A stretch of DNA of 63,997 nucleotides, filler included, from Octopus bimaculoides (taxonomy: Eukaryota): assembly GCF_001194135.2 (NCBI RefSeq). It is 7 parts of 7 records of this genome, joined end to end, with 100 filler letters (N's around TTAATTAATTAA, not from the genome) between each part and the next. Parts side by side here need not be neighbours in the genome. Positions count along the whole stretch, not along the records: positions 1 to 5,568 come from NC_069008.1; positions 5,669 to 21,429 come from NC_068987.1; 5 more parts are not named here. One strand, 5' to 3'. Below the pieces are notes generated by a model. It was not told the origin of the DNA and did not search any database. It saw only the letters and a program-made list of their open reading frames with translations. Positions 1 through 10,938 of the stretch are shown one piece after another. How positions within the stretch are numbered: the first letter of the stretch is position 1; each line of letters starts with the position of its first letter. Position numbers and translations under genes: made by a program.

Positions 1-89
1 AATAACCAGTTGCGTATTGGAGTCGATCGAATCGACTGGCCCCCTCCCCCAAAATTTCGGGCCTTGTGTCTAGAGCAGAAAAGGATATT
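1..89 (+). mobile_element. SINE-A 3' end (truncated by window start)
   Basis: GTCGATCGAATCGACTGGCCCCCTCCCCCAAAATTTCGGGCCTTGTG...GAAAAGGATATT matches the 3' tail of the other SINE-A copies in the window. Confidence 0.8.
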
Positions 90-924
90 TTTTAACTATT
101 TGGATTTCAAAAATTATTTTTCAATTATAAGCAGAAACGGATGATAGATTCGGACTGTCCGTATTTTAAACACTGATTTTGAAAATAAAATTCGAGAAAG
201 AGTGAAAATTTTAGTATTTATTGGGGTGGACTGTAAAAAGTAAAACTTTTTCTTTTTCTTTGGCGTAGAAAATTTCCTGAAAATTCCAATAACACTATAG
301 TCATAAAGCATTAAATGGGGTACTTAAATCAGAATTCCGCTGATTAACTGATTTATTATTTAACCTCGACAGAGTATGGTGTGTACCACATTGTAGTTTG
401 CCTTGAAGGCAAAATATACCTGACCTCATTTCAATAGCACTCAGACAGTAAGAAGAAGTAGCTGCTTGAAAGCGATAAAACAACATACGCATGCGCACTA
501 AACTGGCTTCCCTTTATTTCTTCGTTTCAAAATTTCTGACTGTTTAATGAATTCCTTTTAATCAAGTACCATGCACAGTTATTAAACATTTCTCATCCAC
601 CACACACACTGTTATAATACATTTTTCAACAATTCTTCACACTTAAAGTACGTTTCGCAACTACCACACACACAGAGTTATAACAACATTTCTGTAAGTA
701 TTCAACAATGAAAATATTTCTTCTTTTGTAGTCATTTGTTTTTGACGAATCGATTCTTTGTGTCTATCGTACCTTTTATAAAATGAAACTTATCTAATTT
801 GTGCGTGATTTGGCTGCTATTTCTTGCTATGAAACCTATTTTGTTGACTGTCTATCGTTGCTACTTTAGTTTGTTGTGTGATTTAGTAAGAGAAATATTT
901 TGCATTACACTTCAATCGCTCTAT

Positions 925-1127
925 TATAATTTGGCTTCAAATTTTGTCATAAGGCCAGCAATTTAACTGGTGAGTAAGTCGATTACATTGATTCTAGTGC
1001 TTAACTGGTACTTATTTTATCGACCCCGAAAGGATGAAAAGCAAATTCAACCTCGGTGGAATTTGAACTCGGATCGCAAGGACGGTCGAGTTGCCTGGTG
1101 TGCTAACGATTCTGCCAGCTCGCCGCC
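925..1127 (-). mobile_element. SINE-A (tRNA-headed SINE)
   Basis: Reverse complement gives GGCGGCGAGCTGGCAGAATCGTTAGCAC (A-box-like), GAGTTCAAATTCC (B-box-like) and the core TTTCATCCTTTCGGGGTCGATAAAATAAGTACCAGT. Confidence 0.85.
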
Positions 1128-1544
1128 TTAATGCATTATTATAAGTCATTGAATGTTTTTTTTTTTTCTTTTTCTTTTTATGGTAGAACTACAGAAAGTG
1201 ATGGGGGACGGGCGAAAAGGGTTTTAGCGTTAGAGTTGCGGAAAAAGTCCAAATTGGGTCCAGATGGACTATATGTAATCTGAACCTTTCCCCCCTTATT
1301 TTTTTAACGGAATCCCACGTTTTNNNNNNNNNNNNNNNNNNNNNNNNNNNNNNNNNNNNNNNNNNNNNNNNNNNNNNNNNNNNNNNNNNNNNNNNNNNNN
1401 NNNNNNNNNNNNNNNNNNNNNNNNNNNNNNNNNNNNNNNNNNNNNNNNNNNNNNNNNNNNNNNNNNNNNNNNNNNNNNNNNNNNNNNNNNAACGGAATCC
1501 CACGTTTTAGGCTATGGAGATTCCAATTCTGAAAAAAATTTTTT

Positions 1545-2038
1545 ATATAGATCCACAGATGGCATGAACAGTTGTATGGCTTGAATGTAGCTTGCTTGCT
1601 CATTCTTCAACTGAAACTACATGATCTTTTCCATGTTCTGCCATAGGAAGCTTGTCGTTAAACACAATTGGAAGACCTGTTCTGGCCTCACCTTCAAAGC
1701 TGAAATATCCACTTCTGAATTTTACGAACCATCTTCTGCAAGTTCTCTCATTCAGGCATCCTTCTCCATAAGATGAGTGGATATTTTGAGTCACTTCATC
1801 AGCAGAGTTCTTTTTTTTTTTTTAACTCATACAGCATTATATGCCTCAAATGCTCCTTAGATACTTCTATGTTTGAAGTGCTTATAATAAGTGCAATTTC
1901 AATTAGATTATCCTGCAAAATGAAATTTAATTAGTTTAAATATGTCCAGTTACATATAATTATTACTTCTAAAATATTGTTAAAGTGTTTACAAATTGAA
2001 AATATGGAAATACAGACGTTACTTATGGGATGAGTGAA
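1545..2038 (-). mobile_element. 5' fragment of a mariner element, same family as 13619-14907
   Basis: Minus strand encodes ..NIHSSYGEGCLNERTCRRWFVKFRSGYFSFEGEARTG.., matching the transposase N-terminus at 14463-14723; TIR-like ACTTATGGGATGA at about 2021-2033, then TA at 2039-2040. Confidence 0.85.
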
Positions 2039-2429
2039 TATTTAATTTCCAAGTTTTTTTCCATAGTTCATTTTCTCTTACCTTTTTGGTGCACCTGTCT
2101 TATGTGCATTAAGTTCAAATGATAAGTATCCAGTAATTTGCACAATTCCTGTACATCTAAATTTTGTGATATACTCATTTTTTATGCTGATGTTTAAACA
2201 ATGTTTAATTAATTTTATATTTTGCTGAACTTAGCTGTTGATTAATTTTAAAAAATTGCAGTTGTTATATGGAACCAGTGTAAATTGATGAGTTTTCAAA
2301 TCTAATCGAAACGCATAAAGTGTTAGCAATGTGTGTAACAAAAGGAGTTAAAAATTGGGGCCTGTATTGTGTAACATAGTCCTAGATATATAATGCTACT
2401 GAAAAAGATAGGATGTGTTAAGCCACAAA

Positions 2430-2690
2430 TGCTGGTGCCATGTCAAAAGCACCAGTGCTGGTGCTGCATAAAGAGCACATGTAATGGTGCCGCATAAAGG
2501 GCACTTGTGCTGGTCCCACATGAAAAGTACTTAGTACACTCTATAAGGACGCTGTCATAAGGAAGGGCATCCAACTATAGAAACCATGCCATAAGAGACA
2601 AATTAGGACATGGTGCAGCACTCCAGCTGGCCAGCTCCCATCAAACCATCCAACACTTGCCACTCTGTTCTATGATGGTGATGATGATGT
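2430..2690 (+). mobile_element. SINE-like element 3' part with four 26-bp tandem subunits and a (GAT)n tail
   Basis: Units start at 2430, 2456, 2482 and 2508 (TGCTGGTGCC..AAAAGCACCAG type), followed by AGGAAGGGCATCCA... and GATGGTGATGATGATG. Confidence 0.55.
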
Positions 2691-3591
2691 TTTTGGATAG
2701 AATNNNNNNNNNNNNNNNNNNNNNNNNNNNNNNNNNNNNNNNNNNNNNNNNNNNNNNNNNNNNNNNNNNNNNNNNNNNNNNNNNNNNNNNNNNNNNNNNN
2801 NNNNNNNNNNNNNNNNNNNNNNNNNNNNNNNNNNNNNNNNNNNNNNNNNNNNNNNNNNNNNNNNNNNNNNNNNNNNNNNNNNNNNNNNNNNNNNNNNNNN
2901 NNNNNNNNNNNNNNNNNNNNNNNNNNNNNNNNNNNNNNNNNNNNNNNNNNNNNNNNNNNNNNNNNNNNNNNNNNNNNNNNNNNNNNNNNNNNNNNNNNNN
3001 NNNNNNNNNNNNNNNNNNNNNNNNNNNNNNNNNNNNNNNNNNNNNNNNNNNNNNNNNNNNNNNNNNNNNNNNNNNNNNNNNNNNNNNNNNNNNNNNNNNN
3101 NNNNNNNNNNNNNNNNNNNNNNNNNNNNNNNNNNNNNNNNNNNNNNNNNNNNNNNNNNNNNNNNNNNNNNNNNNNNNNNNNNNNNNNNNNNNNNNNNNNN
3201 NNNNNNNNNNNNNNNNNNNNNNNNNNNNNNNNNNNNNNNNNNNNNNNNNNNNNNNNNNNNNNNNNNNNNNNNNNNNNNNNNNNNNNNNNNNNNNNNNNNN
3301 NNNNNNNNNNNNNNNNNNNNNNNNNNNNNNNNNNNNNNNNNNNNNNNNNNNNNNNNNNNNNNNNNNNNNNNNNNNNNNNNNNNNNNNNNNNNNNNNNNNN
3401 NNNNNNNNNNNNNNNNNNNNNNNNNNNNNNNNNNNNNNNNNNNNNNNNNNNNNNNNNNNNNNNNNNNNNNNNNNNNNNNNNNNNNNNNNNNNNNNNNNNN
3501 NNNNNNNNNNNNNNNNNNNNNNNNNNNNNNNNNNNNNNNNNNNNNNNNNNNNNNNNNNNNNNNNNNNNNNNNNNNNNNNNNNNNNNNNNNA

Positions 3592-5301
3592 CTTAAACAT
3601 AAGCGTATTCATACAGGGAAGAAACAATTTTGCTGCAATATCTGTGGGAAATCATTCTCTGTACGTAGTAGCTTAACATCTCACCGACGAATTCATACGG
3701 GAGAGAAGCCATATGGATGTGATATCTGTGGTAAATCATTCCCTCAGAATGGACACCTAACTACACACAAACGTACTCATACAGGAGAGAAACCATATCA
3801 TTGTGATATCTGTGGTAAATCACTTTCTGGCAATACTGCATTTACATCTCATCAACGTATACATACAGGAGAGAAGCCATATCACTGTGGTATTTGTGGT
3901 AAATCTTTCTCTCGAAGTGAATATTTCAGATCTCACAAGCGAATTCATACCGGAGAGAAACCATATTGCTGTAATATCTGTGGTAAATCATTCTCTGGAA
4001 GTGGTGACTTAACTAAGCATAAACGAATACATACCGGAGAGAAACCGTATCACTGTGATATCTGTGGTAAATCATTCTCTGTGAAAGGAAGCCTAACTAC
4101 ACACAAACGTATTCATACAGGAGAGAAGCCACATCATTGTGGCATTTGTGGTAAATCTTTCAGCAGAAATACTTCCTTAACTTCTCACAAAGTGATTCAT
4201 AAAGGAGAGAAGCCATATCAGTGTGATATCTGTAATAAATCATTCTCCCACATTGTTAACTTGACTGTACACAAGCGTATCCATACAGGAGAGAAGCCGT
4301 ATCGGTGTGATATCTGTGGTAGAGCATTCACTGTAAGCTGTAGTTTACAAACACACAAACGTATTCATACAGGAGAGAAACCTTATCACTGTGATGTCTG
4401 TGGTAAATCATTCCCTCAGAGTAATGGCTTAAAAGTACATAAGGGTATTCATACAGGAGAGAAGCCCTATTACTGTGATATCTGTGGCAAATCATTCTGT
4501 AAAAATAACTACTTAAAAGTACATAAGCGTATTCACACAGGAGAGAGGCCATACAGTTGTGATATCTGTGGTAAATCATTTTCTCAAAAAATTCATGTAA
4601 CTAGTCACAAACGTAGTCATACAGGAGAGAAGCCATATTGCTGTAATATCTGTGGTAAATCATTCTCTGTAAGTACTGAGTTAACTGCACACAAACGTAT
4701 TCATACAGGAGAGAAGCCATACCAGTGTGATATCTGCAATAAATCTTTCTCTCGGAATGACAGTTTAACTACTCACAAACGTATTCATACAGGAGAAAAG
4801 CCATTTCAGTGTGATATTTGTAAGAAATCATTCTCTGCCAGTAGTAGTTTAATAACACACAAGTATATTCATACAGGAGAGAAGCCATATCAGTGTGATA
4901 TTTGTGAGAAGTCATTCTCTCAAAGTAGTAATTTAATGACGCACAAGCGTAGTCACACAGGTGAGAAGCCATATCAATGCAATATCTGCAGTAAATCATT
5001 CTCTGTAAATTCTAGCTTAACATCACATAAACGTGTACATACAGGAGAGAAGCCATATAAATGTGATAGTTGTAACAAATCATTTTCTCAACTTTGTGAT
5101 TTCACAGTACACAAACGTATTCATACAGGAGAGAAACCATATCACTGTAATATCTGTGGTAAATCATTCTTTAGAAGTAGTGCATTAACCTCACATAAAC
5201 GTATTCATACAGGAGAGAAACCATATAAATGCGATATTTGTAGCAAATCATTTTCTCAACATAATAATTTAAGAGTACACAAACGTGTTCATACAGGATA
5301 G
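3592..5301 (+). CDS. Tandem C2H2 zinc-finger protein, partial (5' end in N gap); 20 complete fingers plus a partial first finger
   Basis: The frame of the listed 4081-5301 ORF stays open back to the gap edge (3592 CTT AAA CAT = LKH, then KRIHTGKKQFCCNICGKSFS..). The first Cys of each finger recurs every 84 nt from 3634 to 5230 with TGEKP linkers; stop TAG at 5299-5301. Confidence 0.95.
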   Translation, partial: LKHKRIHTGKKQFCCNICGKSFSVRSSLTSHRRIHTGEKPYGCDICGKSFPQNGHLTTHKRTHTGEKPYHCDICGKSLSGNTAFTSHQRIHTGEKPYHCGICGKSFSRSEYFRSHKRIHTGEKPYCCNICGKSFSGSGDLTKHKRIHTGEKPYHCDICGKSFSVKGSLTTHKRIHTGEKPHHCGICGKSFSRNTSLTSHKVIHKGEKPYQCDICNKSFSHIVNLTVHKRIHTGEKPYRCDICGRAFTVSCSLQTHKRIHTGEKPYHCDVCGKSFPQSNGLKVHKGIHTGEKPYYCDICGKSFCKNNYLKVHKRIHTGERPYSCDICGKSFSQKIHVTSHKRSHTGEKPYCCNICGKSFSVSTELTAHKRIHTGEKPYQCDICNKSFSRNDSLTTHKRIHTGEKPFQCDICKKSFSASSSLITHKYIHTGEKPYQCDICEKSFSQSSNLMTHKRSHTGEKPYQCNICSKSFSVNSSLTSHKRVHTGEKPYKCDSCNKSFSQLCDFTVHKRIHTGEKPYHCNICGKSFFRSSALTSHKRIHTGEKPYKCDICSKSFSQHNNLRVHKRVHTG

Positions 5302-5390
5302 AAACCACACCACTGATACTTGTGGTAAATCATTCTCCCAGCGTCATGACTTAAGGGGTCGTATATGTATCCAGATAAAAGTGTAACTAT
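5302..5390 (+). pseudogene. Decayed extra zinc finger downstream of the stop codon
   Basis: TAG replaces GAG in the TGEKP linker; AAACCACACCACTGATACTTGTGGTAAATCATTCTCCCAG follows, i.e. KP..C-D-x-C-GKSFSQ with a 2-nt deletion. Confidence 0.75.
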
Positions 5391-5568
5391 CAATGTGGAA
5401 CTTCTTAACAACAGCAAACATTGAAGTTCCTCCCCAAGTGAGGAGGGCTTATCTATGTGAACTTTACCCGTGACAACAACCAAGCCACTCATCATTGGCT
5501 CTCTTTCTGAAGTAGTCTTTCACAGCTGTTTGAACTTTTAATGATGCCAACCTTCTTTATTTACTTGA

Positions 5569-5668
5569 NNNNNNNNNNNNNNNNNNNNNNNNNNNNNNNN
5601 NNNNNNNNNNNNTTAATTAATTAANNNNNNNNNNNNNNNNNNNNNNNNNNNNNNNNNNNNNNNNNNNN
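5569..5668. other. Artificial assembly spacer
   Basis: 44 N + TTAATTAATTAA + 44 N = 100 bp. Confidence 0.95.
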
Positions 5669-8342
5669 TTTTCTTTTCACTTAAATTTTCTGGTTAATTA
5701 ACAGTCTGCTCAAAACACATCTATTGTCTTTTATAAATTCTACTGGGCAGAATAGCTGGCACATTTTCGATTTGGTGATTTATTTAACATAACATGTTTT
5801 TGTAGAATGTTTTATAGTTTGTAATGCATGAGTTATTAAAAAGTCGAAGCCCATTACTCTTGGCGATTTTCATAGTTCCTATGATAGCGAGAAGGAGAAT
5901 AGTTGTCATCACACTGGAGAACAGGCTTTAAGGTTGCACCAGAGTGTACATCATTAAAGACAGTCCACAAGAAGCTGGTGCTAAACTGGGAGATACATGA
6001 CAGTCATTTTGCACAATCATTAAAATGTAAAACAAATTGCTTGGCTTTCTATTCTTTGAGTTTAAATCCTGCCGATATTAACTTCACCTGTCGTATTTTC
6101 AGGGATCAATAAAATAAATTGCCAATGCAATTGTTGGATTGACGGAATTGTTTGAACATCGGGTGTGATGTCTTTCGGTACTTGTTCCAAATCTTTGAAA
6201 TCTGGGTTCCTAGTTGTTTAACATCATCACTTGATCGTAGGGTGCTTTCGTAGTTTTCAATCAGCGGAAAGTTTTCTGAATAGGTCTCTGGTTTCAGTAT
6301 AATTTCTCTCACCAGTCACAGAGTCATTGAAAAAAAACAACAAAAAACAAAACAAAAAAAACATAGATACTCCCCTGACTAAATGATAAACTATCATTAT
6401 ATTTCCTATAAAAGATCAGGAAATATAATTTTGAGGAGCTTTCACATACCTTCTGAATTTCAAGGATCACTAATAAGCTTTGAAAACTCGAGATTATCAT
6501 AGAATACAAGTGCACTACTTTACGATTGAACCCGAAGCTACATATTTTCAAAGAAAACCACTTAATCACAGAGACGTGTTTGTGCAAATTAAAAGTATAC
6601 GAAATGCGATAAATGTTATATTAAAGTAAAAGAGAAATAACCGACAAGGCAAAACCTTGTTACCAATGAAGACAAAATAAGAAACAAAAAAGAAAAAAAG
6701 AACACTGATTCATCCAGGAATTATATTAATTAGATAGGCAGAACAGAACTATATTGCTACCTTGTATTTCTAGTAATAGTTTTCACACTGTTTACCTCAG
6801 AGCGACAGAGAAGCTGTCGTACAAATAGCTAGAGTAATTTATCATAATGGAATAACTTGTAAAGATGTCAGCTTACACACTCCGTTTAAATTAGAATGAT
6901 TGCGATTCTTGTCTAAAAGAGCACTTTGTTCTTAACAGAGTAGATATTATTAACTTCTAGTAAAAGTTCTTTAAAGAGGTTAACGTCATGTTAACTTATT
7001 ATTAGAAATTCATGTTTTATAACTGTCAAGCTGTTATATATCACACGTTGGGCAAGTTCGAAGAAGTCCATCATTCACTAAGGAGGTTTAATTATATTAA
7101 AACATACTAAAGTGTCTTACCCTACTTGCCGAAATTATTAAACTATTTGTTATTTAGCTAATGTTTTTCTGTCCCTTTACACCGTTGTTCTTTCTGCTTA
7201 GATATATGTTACTACTCAGTCTTTATCTCTACTGAACTCTTGATTTTCTTGCAGATGGTGTTTCTGAGATATTAACTCCGATATTTGTTCTAAAATATAA
7301 TGGATTGTCATATGCTAAGAGTATCCAGGAAGCAGTGAAATGTTACAAATTATCTCTTTGAATTTGTCTATGTACGCAGGTTTCGTTCTGTATTTGGTAT
7401 TTGCTAAATATAAGGCTTTAATGTTTTTGCCTTCATTTGTTTCCAATTTCAAAGAATGATAGTCCTAAAAAAATACTGTAATTCAATAAACATTAGGGGA
7501 TATACGTTAAGGATCTCTGCTGGAAAAGCTTGATGGTTGGTCACATGATTAAATAGTTCTTTAAAGATACCATATAAAAATACAGTCACCATGGCGCCCT
7601 CCATACTGAAATGTTTATTAAAGTCAACACAATGCAAATAAACTGCACGTTTTGCATTAATATGAACAAAAGTGAACCAACCTGCTATAAATAACAGACG
7701 AATTTCCCTCAAAGCACACTTAACTGTCTTATAAAGGAATGACACACAGGACAAAGAAATACCTGATTAATAAAATCTCTGTTAGACATGGCTGGGATAA
7801 CAATCAATCAGAACACAAATGGAGCACAAAAAAAAACAAAACAACAACAACCAAGTTCGTCTAAACATATTCAACACGGGAGTAAATGTGTTGTCTCACA
7901 AACTTCTAGAAATAGTGTCTGATATATTAAGTAACAACTTACTCTTAGAAACGAAACATTGCATAATGTAGTTCTAGATACGAAATAGTAAAGCATAAAG
8001 GATGACCACAACCGGAATGTTTTTGGGTTTCTAATGTCGTGTAACCTCCTCCCACTCACAAAATTAGTTGGTACTACGAATCCATGATGCAAAGTATTCA
8101 AGAACTACATTATCCAATGTGTCTATCAATTTTAAAAGCCAGTGTGCGATATGAAGGAGATTCGGTTGGTATTTCTGGCAAATGAAGCGACTACATACAG
8201 TATATAAGATCTGGGCTCATGTACGATTCTAGGCAGATAAAAAACAGCTTACTAACAATACCTTCATATACTTAATTCCTGATTTTATATTCACGTGACA
8301 CAGGAGGTATTTTGCTTTCCAGCCTTCCGTGGGCAATTTAAA

Positions 8343-8398
<56 letters not shown>

Positions 8399-8420
8399 CA
8401 TTATTATTATTATTATTATT
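8343..8420. repeat. (ATT)n microsatellite
   Basis: Direct inspection. Confidence 0.95.
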
Positions 8421-8635
8421 ATGGTGAGCTGGCAAATCGTTAGCACGTCCGATAAAGTGCTTAGCGGCATTTCATCTGTCTTTTGGTTCTGAGTTCAAAT
8501 TCCGCCAATATGAACTTTGGCTTTCATCCTTTCAGGGTGGATTAAAAAAGTACCAGTTGAACACTAGGGTGGATGTAATCGACTTACCCCCTTCCCCACA
8601 ACTGCTGGCTCTCTGCCAAAATTTTGAAACCATTA
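8421..8635 (+). mobile_element. SINE-A
   Basis: GGTGAGCTGGCAAATCGTTAGCAC head, GAGTTCAAATTCCGCC B-box, core, and a ..CCAAAATTTTGAAACC tail. Confidence 0.85.
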
Positions 8636-9069
8636 CTGTTAATACCCTCTTCGAACATTGCTCTAAGCGACCACAGAACAGTATATCTGATGAAACTAAT
8701 ATGACGTATGTCCTGTAACCTAGATTCATAATATGGAAGCAATTATCTCAGATGTGTCACCTGCTGAACTCCAGTTGTATAGAGCCATCGCGATTTTTCC
8801 CAATGGCTTCACTAAGAGTATGGGTTAGATATTCACCGATTTATTTAATTTCCTGTGCAAAACCGATTGGTAAGCGCTGAAAGGGATCTACGATACTGTG
8901 CGGATCCCCACCATGGCTGCAGTCTCATTACTAATGCAAGTAAATGATAAAAGATACCCATTATTTTGGTAAATGCAAGAAATGCCGAATTTTCTTTCTG
9001 AATTATGGCTTCTTAGAAGGCTATATATATGTATGTTTGTGCACTTATAAGTGTTGTCGTTATTGTGTT

Positions 9070-9270
9070 GTACACCCAAGCACGAGACCGCGGTTTCTAT
9101 CCTTAGACGGTGAGTGCAAAACACTTAATTTCACGTTGCTCCAGTTCACTCAGTTCTGTAAACATGAAATCCTGCGAAAGACTGGCGGTCCAGCCTCGTC
9201 CTAATCTGCAGGGTGGTATCATTTGAAATCTAGAACATTGTGACCAACGAAGTATAATAGCATTCGATTG
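9070..9270 (+). mobile_element. Degenerate SINE-C-related fragment
   Basis: CACTTAATTTCACGTTGCTCCAGTTCACTCAG is shared with SINE-C copies at 16540 and 52136. Confidence 0.55.
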
Positions 9271-9662
9271 CCTGGTATATAAACATGCATACATATATAT
9301 TTATATATATATATGTATGTATATATATATATATATATATATNNNNNNNNNNNNNNNNNNNNNNNNNNNNNNNNNNNNNNNNNNNNNNNNNNNNNNNNNN
9401 NNNNNNNNNNNNNNNNNNNNNNNNNNNNNNNNNNNNNNNNNNNNNNNNNNNNNNNNNNNNNNNNNNNNNNNNNNNNNNNNNNNNNNNNNNNNNNNNNNNN
9501 NNNNNNNNNNNNNNNNNNNNNNNNNNNNNNNNNNNNNNNNNNNNNNNNNNNNNNNNNNNNNNNNNNNNNNNNNNNNNNNNNNNNNNNNNNNNNNNNNNNN
9601 NNNNNNNNNNNNNNNNNNNNNNNNNNNNNNNNNNNNNNNNNNNNNNNNNNNNNNNNTATATA

Positions 9663-9699
<37 letters not shown>

Positions 9700-9734
9700 G
9701 CACATATATGCACGCATATATATCTATATTTCTA

Positions 9735-9765
<31 letters not shown>

Positions 9766-9829
9766 GCATGTCTATTTATATGAATACACACATATACATA
9801 CATGCGTGCATACATAGATAACTTTATTT

Positions 9830-10235
9830 TGTTGTTATCTTTCATGTGTTTTAGTCATTAGGCTAACTTTAAGAATTTTAGTCGAATCGAACCCAGTACA
9901 TTGTTGTAAAGTCGGAGACATCCTATCAGTGTCTAATACTTAGCCACTGAATTACACGTCGTAAACACACTTACACCAGTTGTTAAGCAGTTGTGGGGAA
10001 CAAACACAGACACAAAAACACACACAAACATACGAACATACACACATACTCACACAAACAAGCACATACGCACACACACACACACATGCACGTGCGTGCG
10101 CACACACACACGCACACACATGCACGTGCGTGCGCACACACAGACACACACACGTGCACATATATATCTATGTGCCACAGAGTGGGATTGAACTCGGAAC
10201 CTAATGTTTGGGAAGCAAACTTCTTACTACTCTGT
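9830..10235 (-). mobile_element. SINE-B with internal (CA)n microsatellite
   Basis: Head at about 10165-10235 (rc AAGAAGTTTGCTTCCCAAAC..GAGTTCAATCCCACT), CA-rich centre at 10020-10160, 3' half at 9830-10015. Confidence 0.7.
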
Positions 10236-10901
10236 ATGTATATTCAAACATGTAGATGTTTTTAAACCATTTCGCTACGACTCCAGTTGTAAACATTTCG
10301 AAAGGCTATTTGTCTCTCAAGAATGTAGTGTTTATATAAATTACGGTTATAGCATCAATACTGCAGTTTCTGAAAATAAAGATCCGAAGCAACAGCTTCT
10401 TAGAAAGTTCAATAGTTTATTCCAACTGTTAATTTATCATTACAAAAAAATAATGTTCTCTGAAACAGAATTTTTGTTTAAAAATGGTTATATTGTCAAA
10501 CAGAAATATTAGGAAAACATAATTATTCTATTTCAAACATTGAGTTTAGCTATTTTCAGTTTTTAGAAATGTTTAACAGAAAATATTCAAAAAGACAATA
10601 AAAAATATTTAAATATCACTTAAAAGAAAGAATATGTGAATCTGCACAGATGCATAGCAGCAAACATCTGTATTATGCATATATACATGGATACACACGC
10701 GCACACAGATACACACTTTCATATTGGTTTGCGAGTAGGTGTATATATGTTTGCATGCATCATGAATATGCATATTTATATATGCATATATGTATGCATA
10801 CATACATATACACAACTCATACATAGGAACTTACACACACGCGTATATATATTTATATAGATACATGCATGTATAACTATATATGTATATGTACGTACAT
10901 A

Positions 10902-10938
<37 letters not shown>

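Noticed and set aside
4328-4999. Minus-strand ORFs (4328-4579, 4769-4999) and plus-strand 3803-4012
   Set aside because: Shadow frames of the repetitive zinc-finger exon, with no independent signal.
3634-5300. Regular 84-bp repeats with variable cores resembling a CRISPR-like or cassette array
   Set aside because: They are in-frame C2H2 finger units; there are no cas genes and the DNA is eukaryotic.
7449-8130. 101-aa and 76-aa minus-strand ORFs in unique DNA
   Set aside because: No recognisable domain and weak splice context; cannot be supported without transcripts.
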